Assembly: GCA_965602015.1 (NCBI GenBank)
Contig: OZ271918.1
Span: 576,001-640,000 of the forward strand
Source: Salinispira sp.
GTDB lineage: Bacteria > Spirochaetota > Spirochaetia > DSM-27196 > Salinispiraceae
Reading direction: 5' to 3'
Length of the DNA stretch: 64,000 nt
Notes under the pieces: generated by a model
Told to the model about the DNA's origin: nothing
Databases searched by the model: none
What the model saw: the letters and a program-made list of their open reading frames with translations, nothing else
Program-made: the position numbers and the translations under genes
Shown: positions 45,795 through 55,488 of the stretch, one piece after another
Layout: the number at the start of each line of letters is the position of its first letter
Position numbering within the stretch: the first letter of the stretch is position 1

Positions 45795-47804
45795 GTGAGC
45801 ATTCGAGGCAAACTCCTTCTGTGGAGCTATATAATAGTTATACTCGTAATTGCGGCCCTGACAACTTCCATAATCTTTGTGACCCGATCCTCCATGGAAC
45901 AGCGGGTGATATTGTCGGTGCAGGATATTCTGAATCAGGTAAACCGGAATATAAACCTGCGGCTTCAGGATCTCAACGACACCTCATTGCTCCTCTACTC
46001 CAATGGCGAAGTCAATGCTGTCCTGGGCAGAGATCAAAATATAACCGCAGCCGAGCAGCAGTCGGATGCCGATGCCCTCTCAGCGCTATTTCGAAGAACC
46101 CTCCAAATAAAGAGCGGGCTGAATATCCAAATATTTGATGAGCAGCGGGATTTTGCCCGGGAGAATATCGGCTCAAATGTCTTTGCCAGCAATCAGACGA
46201 GTATAAACATTGATTCTACCAGACTGCGGGCTGATCGCCTGTTCATTGACTATGTAAACTCCGATGATCCCTTTACCGTTGGCTACCTGCAACCGGAAAC
46301 CTGGCTGTACGCCGAGGATTATCTTATTCTTTTGAGGGAAATCCCCGGGGGATATCTTATAGTCAATACCCGTAAATCAAATATTAACGAAATCTACAGC
46401 GGATCAAATCTTGTGCGGGAGGGCGATGTATTCCTGGTGAGCACAGACGGTGATCTGATTTCAAGCTCCTGTCTGCCCTCAGATGTATCAGACGGATGCA
46501 GTCCCGTCGGCTTCGACTTTTTTGATTCATTGGCTGAGTTTGACTCCGGCTTTACCTGGGTTGAACAGGGGGGAGATGAATACCTCCTCAGCTTTATTAT
46601 GAATCGGGATTTCGAGCTTATACTTTATGCAATGCAGCCGCGGAATTCGGTTTTTCGCGATTTCATTGTTTTGAGAAACACCATAGTCGGGGTGACCATC
46701 GGCATTCTGTTAATAGTGGTGTTCATTATTTTCTCACTATCAGCGAAGTTCACCGATCCGCTAATAATTCTTACTGAAAAACTTGAGGCCCTCATCAAAA
46801 GCAAGGAGCACAAATCAGAGATTAACTCGTCGGAGCGCTTGAAGATTGAGGATTCCATCATCCATTTCTTGCAGGAGAAGTATCAGGCTGATGATGAGGT
46901 AGGCAGGCTGGCTGCAACTTTCTCATATATGGTGAAGATTCAACAGCAGTTTGATTCGGCCTTGGAAAAGGAAGTCGCTGAACGGACGGAAAGCCTTCGG
47001 CAGACCCTCCATTCTCTGGAAATTACTCAAGAACAGCTCATTCAAACCGAGAAAATAGCCGCGGTTGGAGCGCTGGTTGCGGGACTGGCTCATGAAATCA
47101 ACACGCCTATCGGCAACGCCCTCCTCAGCTCAAGTATGCTCCAGGATTTAGCCGACCTTATGCAGAAAATTGTGGAAAAAGATCAGGTGTCCCGATCCGT
47201 TCTTTTGGAAAATGCCGGCAAAATAGCAGAAGCATCTGAAGCGGTTCTCAACAACATTAAGCGATCTGCGGAATTAGTGAACAGTCTTAAGCATGTAGCT
47301 GTCAATCAGGATTCCGGTTCCCTCTCATCGTTTAAACTTCGCACGCTGGTTGAAAATGTACTCGGCACCTATGAGCAACGTTTCCGTGAGGGCAGTATCA
47401 CCACCATTATTGAGATACCCGAGGCACTGGTAATCGAAGGGTACTCGCCGGGAATTGTTCGCATTATTTCAAATCTGATAGATAACAGTCTTCTTCACGG
47501 GTTCGCGGGAGGGGCTGCCGGGACTATCAGTATTTGTGTATCAGGGCCGGTAGATGGGTACATCACCCTGGAATACGGCGATGACGGTACGGGTATCAGT
47601 CCGGAGGTGCAGCGGAAAATGTTCGACCCGTTCTACAGCACGCTTCGTGAAGCAAGCGGCGGCGGTCTTGGCCTGCATATTCTCTACAAACTTGTCTATG
47701 ATCAAATGAAGGGAAGGTTGGAGTGGGAATCCGCCCCGGGTTTGGGGGTGCGTTTTCTTATCAGTCTTCCGGTTTCACTTTCCACGGTCTCAACGGGTAC
47801 ATAA
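45795..47804 (+). CDS. Membrane sensor histidine kinase (Cache-like/HAMP/HisKA/HATPase)
   Basis: Two TM segments, DEVGRLA, EKIAAVGALVAGLAHEINTP, NLIDNS..HG, DDGTGI, FDPF, GLGL. Confidence 0.92.
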   Translation: MSIRGKLLLWSYIIVILVIAALTTSIIFVTRSSMEQRVILSVQDILNQVNRNINLRLQDLNDTSLLLYSNGEVNAVLGRDQNITAAEQQSDADALSALFRRTLQIKSGLNIQIFDEQRDFARENIGSNVFASNQTSINIDSTRLRADRLFIDYVNSDDPFTVGYLQPETWLYAEDYLILLREIPGGYLIVNTRKSNINEIYSGSNLVREGDVFLVSTDGDLISSSCLPSDVSDGCSPVGFDFFDSLAEFDSGFTWVEQGGDEYLLSFIMNRDFELILYAMQPRNSVFRDFIVLRNTIVGVTIGILLIVVFIIFSLSAKFTDPLIILTEKLEALIKSKEHKSEINSSERLKIEDSIIHFLQEKYQADDEVGRLAATFSYMVKIQQQFDSALEKEVAERTESLRQTLHSLEITQEQLIQTEKIAAVGALVAGLAHEINTPIGNALLSSSMLQDLADLMQKIVEKDQVSRSVLLENAGKIAEASEAVLNNIKRSAELVNSLKHVAVNQDSGSLSSFKLRTLVENVLGTYEQRFREGSITTIIEIPEALVIEGYSPGIVRIISNLIDNSLLHGFAGGAAGTISICVSGPVDGYITLEYGDDGTGISPEVQRKMFDPFYSTLREASGGGLGLHILYKLVYDQMKGRLEWESAPGLGVRFLISLPVSLSTVSTGT

Positions 47805-47839
47805 GTATGAGCCCAGGTCTTTTTATATCCGCGTTTTAA

Positions 47840-47870
47840 AGTTGACGATACAACTATAAAGCAGTACTTT
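47840..47870 (+). promoter_or_regulatory. Promoter and operator of marR (probably leaderless)
   Basis: TTGACG-N17-TACTTT ending 6 nt before the ATG, overlapped by AGTTG-N6-CAACT. Confidence 0.7.
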
Positions 47871-47876
47871 GTATAC

Positions 47877-48302
47877 ATGTTTGAAGATTGTCTGTATTTC
47901 AATCTGAATGCCTTGACCAGAAGAGTGAATCACATCTGGCAGGAATCGTATGGAAGGTTAAATCTTACTCCTTCACAAGCCTACCTGCTGCGGGTTGTAT
48001 TGCATCAGCCGGGGATATCTCAATCAGAAATCGGAGCTGAGTTAAAGCTGGAAAAATCGACGGTGACCCGGCTCATCCCAAAGCTGGAGGAAAAGGGATT
48101 TATTGAGCGGATCATACCGGAGCAGAGAAAGAATCGGGAGCTTCAGGTGTACCCCAGCGATCGTGCGAAAAGCATGTCCGGCGAGTTGGAGAGCATCGGC
48201 GAATCGCTTCGGGCCTTGATGGTCGAGACAATCGGATTGGAACCATTTGAATCCACATTGGAAAAGGTAAAAAAAATGGAAGTCATTCTGGATATGGAAT
48301 GA
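47877..48302 (+). CDS. MarR family regulator with N-terminal Cys
   Basis: MFEDCLYF, LTPSQAY.L, EKSTVTR...KLE.KG. Confidence 0.92.
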   Translation: MFEDCLYFNLNALTRRVNHIWQESYGRLNLTPSQAYLLRVVLHQPGISQSEIGAELKLEKSTVTRLIPKLEEKGFIERIIPEQRKNRELQVYPSDRAKSMSGELESIGESLRALMVETIGLEPFESTLEKVKKMEVILDME

Positions 48303-48325
48303 TAAGCAATAAACCCACACATAAA

Positions 48326-48341
48326 AGTTGTAATTACAACT
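48326..48341. promoter_or_regulatory. Perfect 16-bp palindromic operator upstream of gap
   Basis: AGTTGTAATTACAACT, resembling the site at 47840-47855. Confidence 0.75.
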
Positions 48342-48357
48342 ATATAAGGAGGACTCA

Positions 48358-49359
48358 ATGAAACGAGTTGCAATTAATGGCTTTGGCAGGATCGGCAGGG
48401 CAGTGTTCAAGCTGATCTCCGAGGAAACAGACCTGGAAGTGGTGGCAATCAATGACCTGCTTCCTGCCGATGCCCTGGCGTATCTGCTTCAGTTCGACAC
48501 GGTGTACGGCAGGTATCCCAGCACGGTTATCGCATCGGGAGATACTCTTCTGGTCGGCGATGCTTCGGTTTTTATCAGCGCGGAGAAAGACCCTGAAAAA
48601 CTCCCCTGGAGGGATCTTGACATCGATATTGTCGTAGAATCCACCGGATTCTTTACCAAAATGGAGAAAGCGAAAGCCCACCTTGTAGCCGGTGCGAAGA
48701 AAGTGGTTATTTCAGCACCGACAAAAAGTCCCGAGCTAGCTACCGCCGTGTACGGAGTAGCCCATCCTGAATCGTCGGAGCCTAATATATTCAGTTGCGC
48801 ATCCTGCACTACCAACAGCATCGCACCGGTGGCAGAAGTAATGGCTCGCAGAGTCGGTGTAAAAAAAGCAATTCTGACCACCATTCATGCATACACGGCC
48901 TCTCATCAGATTGTCGATCTGCCTTCCAATAAAAAGCGGTTCGGCAGAGCTGCGGCACAGAATATAATTCCGGCTACCACAGGGGCAGCCATCGCCACCA
49001 CTAAAGTTCTTCCCCAGTTGTCGGGTAAATTTGATGGCACAGCAGTTCGCGTGCCCGTCGCCGTCGGATCACTCTCGGACATCACCTTTGTGACTGAACG
49101 CCCTGTCAGCAAAGAGGAAATCAACGAGATATTCAAGGAAGAAGCAGCGACACAACGGTATAAACAGGTCTTGGCTGTGAATGAAGAGGAAATTGTATCG
49201 TCTGATATTATCGGTAACCCTCACGCTGCCATTGTGGATTTGACCCTTACCCAGATTGTGGACGGAGATTTGGTAAAGATTTTTGCCTGGTATGACAACG
49301 AATGGGGCTACTCAAATCAGTTGGTCAGGGAGATAAAAAGCAGTCTGGGCCTGCAGTAG
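48358..49359 (+). CDS. gap: Type I glyceraldehyde-3-phosphate dehydrogenase
   Basis: INGFGRIGR, ESTG, ASCTTN, TTIHAYT, NIIP.TTGAA, WYDNEWGYS. Confidence 0.96.
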   Translation: MKRVAINGFGRIGRAVFKLISEETDLEVVAINDLLPADALAYLLQFDTVYGRYPSTVIASGDTLLVGDASVFISAEKDPEKLPWRDLDIDIVVESTGFFTKMEKAKAHLVAGAKKVVISAPTKSPELATAVYGVAHPESSEPNIFSCASCTTNSIAPVAEVMARRVGVKKAILTTIHAYTASHQIVDLPSNKKRFGRAAAQNIIPATTGAAIATTKVLPQLSGKFDGTAVRVPVAVGSLSDITFVTERPVSKEEINEIFKEEAATQRYKQVLAVNEEEIVSSDIIGNPHAAIVDLTLTQIVDGDLVKIFAWYDNEWGYSNQLVREIKSSLGLQ

Positions 49360-49445
49360 AAAACGGATTGCCAAAGGTCTCTCTCATGGGCGAAGCCCTT
49401 TCTATGCTATGGAAATATTCAGAAGCACGTAGTGATCGTGATCTT

Positions 49446-49483
49446 CCCAGGTCCCCGCTATTTTCAGATAGCGGGGACTTGGG
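49446..49483. terminator. Strong 16-bp hairpin downstream of gap
   Basis: CCCAGGTCCCCGCTAT-N6-ATAGCGGGGACTTGGG; no clear U-tract. Confidence 0.55.
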
Positions 49484-49589
49484 CCTTCACAGATAAAATT
49501 GAGCCGTTCCCCTGCAATAACAGAGGCATTCATTTCATTACCTGCGCAGGGGGTAGGCATGCAATTTCTCAACGGGTATGCTCGACCGG

Positions 49590-50174
49590 ATGGATGAGAT
49601 AAGAAATCAAACCCATGCCCAGATACTTGATGTTGCGGAGTCAATGTTTATGGAACGGGGCTTGAAGTCGGTTCGGCTCGCAGAGGTGGTAGAGAAGCTT
49701 GGGATCAAGCATTCTGCGATTTATTATTATGCTCCCGGCGGCAAGACCGAGTTGTATGTTCAGGTGATTGAGCGGAGTCTTAATCGGCACCGCCAGGGGA
49801 TAGAGCGGGTTCTCTCAAAAGCCGAGGATTCTGCTGAAGCGAAGATAAACGCTGTCGCTCAATGGCTGCTGGATCAACCGCCGATGAATGTTACTCAGAT
49901 GGAGCGCTCGGATTTCGAACTCCTGGAGCCGCGTCAGGCTGAGCGATTAAATCATTTGCTATTGGCAGCCATGCTCACCCCGCTCTCCACTGCGCTCAAT
50001 GTATACGCCGATCGAGGTGAGTTAGCCACATCTGATACCGGATTAGTAGCATTGAGTCTTCTTACCCTTGTAGAAGCGGTTCACGCGTCCCGTCACCCTT
50101 TCCTTTCGAATATCAAGAAAGAGACCGTAGCATCGATTGTAGAACTCGTGCTTAAAGGAATTCTGCCAAGATAA
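49590..50174 (+). CDS. TetR/AcrR family regulator
   Basis: ILDVA..MF.ERG...V....V...LGI..SAIYYY..GK..LY. Confidence 0.9.
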   Translation: MDEIRNQTHAQILDVAESMFMERGLKSVRLAEVVEKLGIKHSAIYYYAPGGKTELYVQVIERSLNRHRQGIERVLSKAEDSAEAKINAVAQWLLDQPPMNVTQMERSDFELLEPRQAERLNHLLLAAMLTPLSTALNVYADRGELATSDTGLVALSLLTLVEAVHASRHPFLSNIKKETVASIVELVLKGILPR

Positions 50175-50189
50175 AAAAAATTTCTTTGG

Positions 50190-50213
50190 AATTTACTTAA
50201 TTGTAAGTAAATT
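50190..50213. promoter_or_regulatory. Perfect inverted repeat, probable TetR operator
   Basis: AATTTACTTA-attg-TAAGTAAATT just upstream of the membrane-protein pair. Confidence 0.75.
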
Positions 50214-50219
50214 TAGAAT

Positions 50220-50822
50220 ATGATAAGGAAAGCAATTGATAATGCGGCAACACGGATGCCGCTAGGTTGGATTCTCTTTACCATCGCAGCGCTTGTTGCC
50301 TATTGGTCAGGAATCCTTGAAGTAATTGGATCTCACTTTCTCGTAGTAGCCAATGCTCCGCTTTTGGATCTCGAGAATGTGCAGTCTATTTTGACAGCTG
50401 ATGAAGCGCTGGCCGTGGTCCAACAATATAATGGGTCAGCGCAGACGCTTTATTTGATATTCTTCATTCTGGATACCATCTTTCCGCCCATCGTCTTCGG
50501 ATCATTCGCTTTGCTTTGGGCATTCATTCTTCAAAGAACGCCGTTCTCTTGGATGAAGTTTTTTCGAGGCAGTCCTATTCTCCTCATTCCCTTTGGGGTA
50601 GGTGTATTCGACTGGGTTGAAAACCTCTTTTTTCTCAATGTAATTGCCGTCGAAACAGCCAATCCTGTGCTTTTGCTTCAGATCGGTCTTGTTTTTGTGC
50701 GTCTGAAGGCTGCCATGCTATTCTCCACTTTTGGTATTACTGTCGCTCTTTCCATCATCGGATTTGCCGGTCTTTTTCGTCGCTCTCACCACAACCCAAG
50801 CAATACGGAGGTCTCATCATGA
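50220..50822 (+). CDS. Hypothetical membrane protein
   Basis: Four hydrophobic segments; LLD, D..FP, DW.EN motifs. Confidence 0.7.
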   Translation: MIRKAIDNAATRMPLGWILFTIAALVAYWSGILEVIGSHFLVVANAPLLDLENVQSILTADEALAVVQQYNGSAQTLYLIFFILDTIFPPIVFGSFALLWAFILQRTPFSWMKFFRGSPILLIPFGVGVFDWVENLFFLNVIAVETANPVLLLQIGLVFVRLKAAMLFSTFGITVALSIIGFAGLFRRSHHNPSNTEVSS

Positions 50823-51415
50823 TTTCTCGGTTGTCAGCAGGTTTTCGTTGGATTTCGAATCGATGGTGGAGGGTACTCGCGGTATATATTCTCAACACGG
50901 CGCTTCTGTTTACAATGCTTGCGGTGGAAGACCGGTTCACCGAATTAACGGGGTACCCGGTTTTTGACACTCAAAACGAGCTGAGTCTTGTTGAGTTTGC
51001 TGAACAGCTTCAACTCTACAGAGGTGAGGCAAGAGCGATTTACCACTCGTTCGCCGTTTTTGATTTCTTTTTTCCTCTGGTAGGAGCGGTGTTCTTTTCA
51101 TCGTTTCTCGCCTTTCTCCTACGGCTCAATCCATCAAAATTGGCAGTGCAGATGACACGGCGCAATCTTTTTCTATTGCCACTGCTCGTTGCGGTGGCGG
51201 ATTGGATAGAAAATATCGGGTTTCTTGCGGTAGTTTCGGCTGGTGAGATGAAGGGCTTTTGGCCCGGCTTGGCGATTCTCGCCAAGCGAATGAAGCTCTT
51301 TCTCTTAGGGTTTAGCGCAGTTTTGCTCGCGGCAGCTGCTATCTTTCTGGTGATCGAAGGTATTAAAACCCGTCGAAAGGAAAGGAACGGCACGCAAACT
51401 GAGCAATCGCTTTAA
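50819..51415 (+). CDS. Hypothetical membrane protein, paralog of the upstream gene
   Basis: Same pattern (VFD, D..FP, DW.EN); ATGA overlap. Confidence 0.7.
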   Translation: MISRLSAGFRWISNRWWRVLAVYILNTALLFTMLAVEDRFTELTGYPVFDTQNELSLVEFAEQLQLYRGEARAIYHSFAVFDFFFPLVGAVFFSSFLAFLLRLNPSKLAVQMTRRNLFLLPLLVAVADWIENIGFLAVVSAGEMKGFWPGLAILAKRMKLFLLGFSAVLLAAAAIFLVIEGIKTRRKERNGTQTEQSL

Positions 51416-51509
51416 AACAGCAACCATCAAATTGGTAGCAAGGTGGCATAAAAATCGGCAGGAAGTGTCTTGTTTTCTACAGGCCAAGAAGAGAGCATTC
51501 CTGCCGGTT

Positions 51510-51974
51510 TCAATTCCCAACCGCGAAAAAGAAGGTAGTAAAATTGCGGCCGAGCAGCCGAGATTTCTGCACGCGCTTTGCATGACTTGCGAGGGTGTGG
51601 TATTCCCGTCGTGATTCAAGCAGGTGAAAGAGCACTTCTTTATGGCCCAGTTGCCTCGCCCACTCCATGAGGGTTTTGAAGATCTGGATCCCCGAGCCCC
51701 AGAAACGTTTGGAGAGCACGATCGCAATTTCATAGCCATTTTCATCTGGCTGAATTCCACACCAACCCGCCAAGGTTCCGCCTATGGCGACAGCACGCAC
51801 CCGGCAGCCTTCAAGGCTGTCGGTCTGATTTTTCACATTAATCCAGTCTTTTATGCCCGCTTCATCGAAGTACGGATGGTCGATTAAATGGGTTCGCACC
51901 GAATCTTCATTCAGTAGTTCTATAAGCTCTTTAGTATTAATGTCGTTGAGATTCAAGTATTGAATTTGCTCCAT
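51510..51974 (-). CDS. GNAT family N-acetyltransferase
   Basis: LAGWCGIQ...YEIAIVL...FWGSG. Confidence 0.75.
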   Translation of the reverse strand: MEQIQYLNLNDINTKELIELLNEDSVRTHLIDHPYFDEAGIKDWINVKNQTDSLEGCRVRAVAIGGTLAGWCGIQPDENGYEIAIVLSKRFWGSGIQIFKTLMEWARQLGHKEVLFHLLESRREYHTLASHAKRVQKSRLLGRNFTTFFFAVGN

Positions 51975-51989
51975 TATTGGGTTCTCCGG

Positions 51990-52703
51990 CTATTCATTGT
52001 AGCGTATGAGCATTGCTTCTGGGATCCGGCGATCCGGATGTAGTTGCTCAATAAGTCTGATTGACGGGTAATTCGTTGTCTCGGTCACATATACCACCAT
52101 TCGTCCTGCATGTATTTCCTGATGAACCACGCGTTTGAGCAGTTCGGAACCGAATCCCTGATTGCGAAAGCGCGGGAGCACGGCAATTGATAGTTCACTG
52201 AATTGCGAATTCCGCCGGGTTATGATGCTGATTCCCGCAATTGGGCCTCCGGACCCTTCCCGTACACATGCAAACCGGTTTCCACTAATATACTCGATGA
52301 CAGTATCCGGAGCGAAGCGCGGGTAGATTTCTGCAATTTCCGATGCTGAAGGAATGTCCGGTCGATCAGGAGTATGTGTCTTGAGTTGTCGGACTATAAA
52401 CCTATAAACATTCAAAACCCTCGGTGTTTCGTTTGTGAAAATATGTTCAATCTGTTGGGGAATGTCGATAGAAAAATCAAATTCCGGCCGAGTTTCCGGG
52501 CTACTTAACGGAATCGAGTAGCAGTTTTGGTCGCGGATAGTACCACGGATTATCGGGAACCTGGCTCCAAATATATTTGTGAACCTCCGATGTTCCGATT
52601 GAAATACGGTTTTATAATACGGCATCGTTTTGCCATACTCGTTGCCAAGGTACTCATCTATCGCCGCTTCGGAATCGAAATAATTCTCTTTAATTATGTT
52701 CAC
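51990..52703 (-). CDS. GNAT family acetyltransferase (C-terminal GNAT domain)
   Basis: V.P.FRNQGFG, N.PSIRL. Confidence 0.7.
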   Translation of the reverse strand: MNIIKENYFDSEAAIDEYLGNEYGKTMPYYKTVFQSEHRRFTNIFGARFPIIRGTIRDQNCYSIPLSSPETRPEFDFSIDIPQQIEHIFTNETPRVLNVYRFIVRQLKTHTPDRPDIPSASEIAEIYPRFAPDTVIEYISGNRFACVREGSGGPIAGISIITRRNSQFSELSIAVLPRFRNQGFGSELLKRVVHQEIHAGRMVVYVTETTNYPSIRLIEQLHPDRRIPEAMLIRYNE

Positions 52704-52711
52704 CTGTTACA

Positions 52712-53107
52712 CTAGCTCTGCGAAGCAAGGCTCTGGAGCTCAATTCCGTAGGAACGCATGTTTATGAGCATGTTGTTTTTTGTGTCTTTAAACGTGTATA
52801 CATCGCAAAACGCCACCGGATTGCTTCCCGCCGCGGCAATCTCCCCGTTGCAGGCTGCTTCTCGGCCGTGTGTTATGATTGAATGCAAGCGAATCGATTC
52901 GCTCTTCGCCGCTGCCATCGATTCAAGAAATTGTCTAACTTCTCCCTTACCACTCAAAGTTCTGTCACCAATCATCTCCCATTCAAAATCTTCGCTTACA
53001 TGATCGATGATGAACTCGATGTCCGCATTCGCGAAGGCAAGGTTGAAATTCTTGATGAACTGCTTGCGAGGAGAGTTCTCGCAATCCTGGGGTATATCGA
53101 TCTTCAT
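52712..53107 (-). CDS. SnoaL-like / NTF2-fold protein
   Basis: FN.AF...D, W..IGD....GK, IITHG..AA..G, FCDVY.F. Confidence 0.8.
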   Translation of the reverse strand: MKIDIPQDCENSPRKQFIKNFNLAFANADIEFIIDHVSEDFEWEMIGDRTLSGKGEVRQFLESMAAAKSESIRLHSIITHGREAACNGEIAAAGSNPVAFCDVYTFKDTKNNMLINMRSYGIELQSLASQS

Positions 53108-53276
53108 AGTGAACTCCCGTGATCCCCGCCGAAGCAGGGTTGTTTACTTGAAACGACTTACTCAGCCTGGCTCGAATACCAAAAAGCATTGCAGATGATA
53201 GCATATTCAATTTGGCATCCGCTCCGGTCTGCGAAGGCTAACTGTATTATTGATGAGAATGGGAATAATTGCGAGT

Positions 53277-53915
53277 GGGGATTTCCAAAGCTGGGCGCAG
53301 AAATTTAAGGATAGCCTCATTGATATGGGGGGTAAGCTCGGGGATGGCACTGTGGTAACGGATAAAGCTATCGACGGACCCTTCGTTGAAATCAAGGAAC
53401 TCGCCGGTGGATATATGATCATAGCAGCGGATTCTCTGGAAGCAGGGGTAAATTCGGGTACCGTCGTGAGGAAGAAATCGAGGACCAGTCGGCGATGCTC
53501 AAAGCAATGCAGGTTTGGGGAGAAAATGACGTACCCGATAACCCGTCCGCCTGGGTATATCGGGTGGCGCGTAACATCCTGCTGGACAATTTGAGGAAGG
53601 AAATCCGAAGATCCGAGATTATCAGCCCGGGTTGACGGTACCGGCGGTCTTGTCCTGCTTGAGGAGCAGGATAGAGATCTTTGGAACAAACAGGAAATAC
53701 AGAAGGGGCTGGGCTATCTTGCCAATGCTGCAAGGGGAGAGAATTTCTCAAAGTATCACGCTAAAGCCGCCATTGCAGCTGAACGCTGCCTCGCCAAGTC
53801 GATAGATGAAACCAACTGGTAGGGGATATTCAAATATTATGAAATGCTCGAGACCGTGGCACCTTCGCCGGTCCACCGTCTGAACAAGGCACTCGCGCTC
53901 TCCCGCTGGAAGGAT
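53277..53915 (+). pseudogene. Degraded YCII (DGPF) gene plus ECF42-type sigma factor remnants
   Basis: DGPFVEIKELAGGYMII; VPDNPSAWVYRVARN; LVLLEEQDRDLW; AAIAA...ETNW*...PSPVHRLN. Large internal deletions and an in-frame TAG at 53820-53822. Confidence 0.82.
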
Positions 53916-53986
53916 TCCAAAGCCGGGAACATCATACAAGAAAACCCGGCGGGCAAGCCGCCGGGTCTGAGTTCTAAGCAGGACTG

Positions 53987-54487
53987 TCAGAATTCAGAGA
54001 TGGAAAATGTCCCGTTCACAATTTCATTGTCCCAGGTACCGACCCAAATATCGTAGCGACCGCCCGGGGGATTGCTGATGGTAAGAAACGGATCGAGACT
54101 GCTTTCACTGTCATCAATCACCCACCAGTCTCCGTCTGGATCGTTGATCAGGAGGAATGTGTCGCCTGCGCCGCCGGCAACAAATTCGAAACTCAGGGTA
54201 TCCTGATCTTCGGCATCATAATAAAACCGGATATCCGGCCCCGGTCCATAGACATAACCGGCTACATCGACCTCCGAATCCCTTCGAAAATAATCAGATA
54301 GATCCTCTTCGGCATCAAAGTACATGCTACCGCCGGCTTCCATTTTATGCTGATAAGGGTCTGGCGTAAAAAACTGCTCCAGGCTGACTTCATGCAAAGC
54401 ATCGCCGAACACATCGGGCAGCTCAGCCACCAGCGCGGCGCCACACATCGTCAACATCATCAACAACGCGATAATTTTCTTCATCAT
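53987..54487 (-). CDS. Secreted acidic PPC-like beta-domain protein
   Basis: Signal peptide, F.PDP, PD....Y, DT.LLINDPDG.W...DD, G.YDIWVGT. Confidence 0.65.
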   Translation of the reverse strand: MMKKIIALLMMLTMCGAALVAELPDVFGDALHEVSLEQFFTPDPYQHKMEAGGSMYFDAEEDLSDYFRRDSEVDVAGYVYGPGPDIRFYYDAEDQDTLSFEFVAGGAGDTFLLINDPDGDWWVIDDSESSLDPFLTISNPPGGRYDIWVGTWDNEIVNGTFSISEF

Positions 54488-54806
54488 TCCTCCAACTCGA
54501 GGATGTAACTGCGTGAGCCAAAGGAGATTACCTCATCAACTCAGCCCACCCTCGGTTCCGTGTTTTCTGATAATAATCATAGGAAATCCGGCAGCAGTTC
54601 GCAAGAAAAACGGCGAAATTCATCGATTTCGCTGACTAAGGATTTATGATGAAAACTACCAAGCCACATGCTGCGAACAATACGTTTATGACTGCTTGCG
54701 CGACATGGAAAAAATAGTTGATATTATGTAATAAATTGTTGATAATATGTTAAGAATAGTGTACATTGTGAATAGAATATATTGCAAGGTCGCGTGGGGG
54801 GCTCAC

Positions 54807-55247
54807 TTGAATTACCCGGAGAGAAAAAGTCTGGTATCACTGTTCAGCACAGTTTTGATAACTGGAGTGTATATCCTGTATGTTTTACATACTTATGATT
54901 TATCAATGTTAAAAACCGACCTCAGTATTTGGGGAAGAATCACCGTGATGTTTGTGATTGTTTCAATTGCGGCCAAAATTGTAATCACAATCATTTTTTC
55001 CATTCTTTCAAAGCTCACACGCGGTGAAGAAGAACCTTCTTTTGCAGATGAAAGAGATAAACTGATTGAAATGAAATCTGACAGAGCGGCGCATTTTATC
55101 TTCAGTGGGGGATTTCTGGTTTCCATGATCCTTTTGTGGGCGGGCTTAGGCGCCCATCTGACATTCCTCGTAATTCTGTCGGCAGGTTTCCTGGGAGATC
55201 TGGTTAGCAGCATATTAAGCTTTCGTTATTATCATCGTGGTTTCTAA
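54807..55247 (+). CDS. DUF2178-like membrane protein
   Basis: Four TM segments with DERDKLIE.K. TTG start inferred; typically paired with an XRE gene. Confidence 0.65.
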   Translation: MNYPERKSLVSLFSTVLITGVYILYVLHTYDLSMLKTDLSIWGRITVMFVIVSIAAKIVITIIFSILSKLTRGEEEPSFADERDKLIEMKSDRAAHFIFSGGFLVSMILLWAGLGAHLTFLVILSAGFLGDLVSSILSFRYYHRGF

Positions 55248-55467
55248 GATGAAGAAGAATCACATCATTAATACTGTGCGAAAACACCGATTCCTGGCAA
55301 ATGAAATGACCCAGCAACAGCTGGCGGACCGGGTTGGTGTGACGAGACAAACGATCGCCGCGATTGAGAAAGATAAATATTCTCCCTCGCTGGAGTTGGC
55401 TTTCCGGATAGCCAAGACATTTAATGCGAATTTGGAAGATGTGTTTAGTTGGGACGAAGAGTACTGA
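55237..55467 (+). CDS. XRE/Cro-like HTH regulator
   Basis: MTQQQLADRVGVTRQTI.AIEK.KY.PSLELAF.IA..F. Confidence 0.92.
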   Translation: MVSKMKKNHIINTVRKHRFLANEMTQQQLADRVGVTRQTIAAIEKDKYSPSLELAFRIAKTFNANLEDVFSWDEEY

Positions 55468-55488
55468 TATTAATTCAGAGGAGCTATA

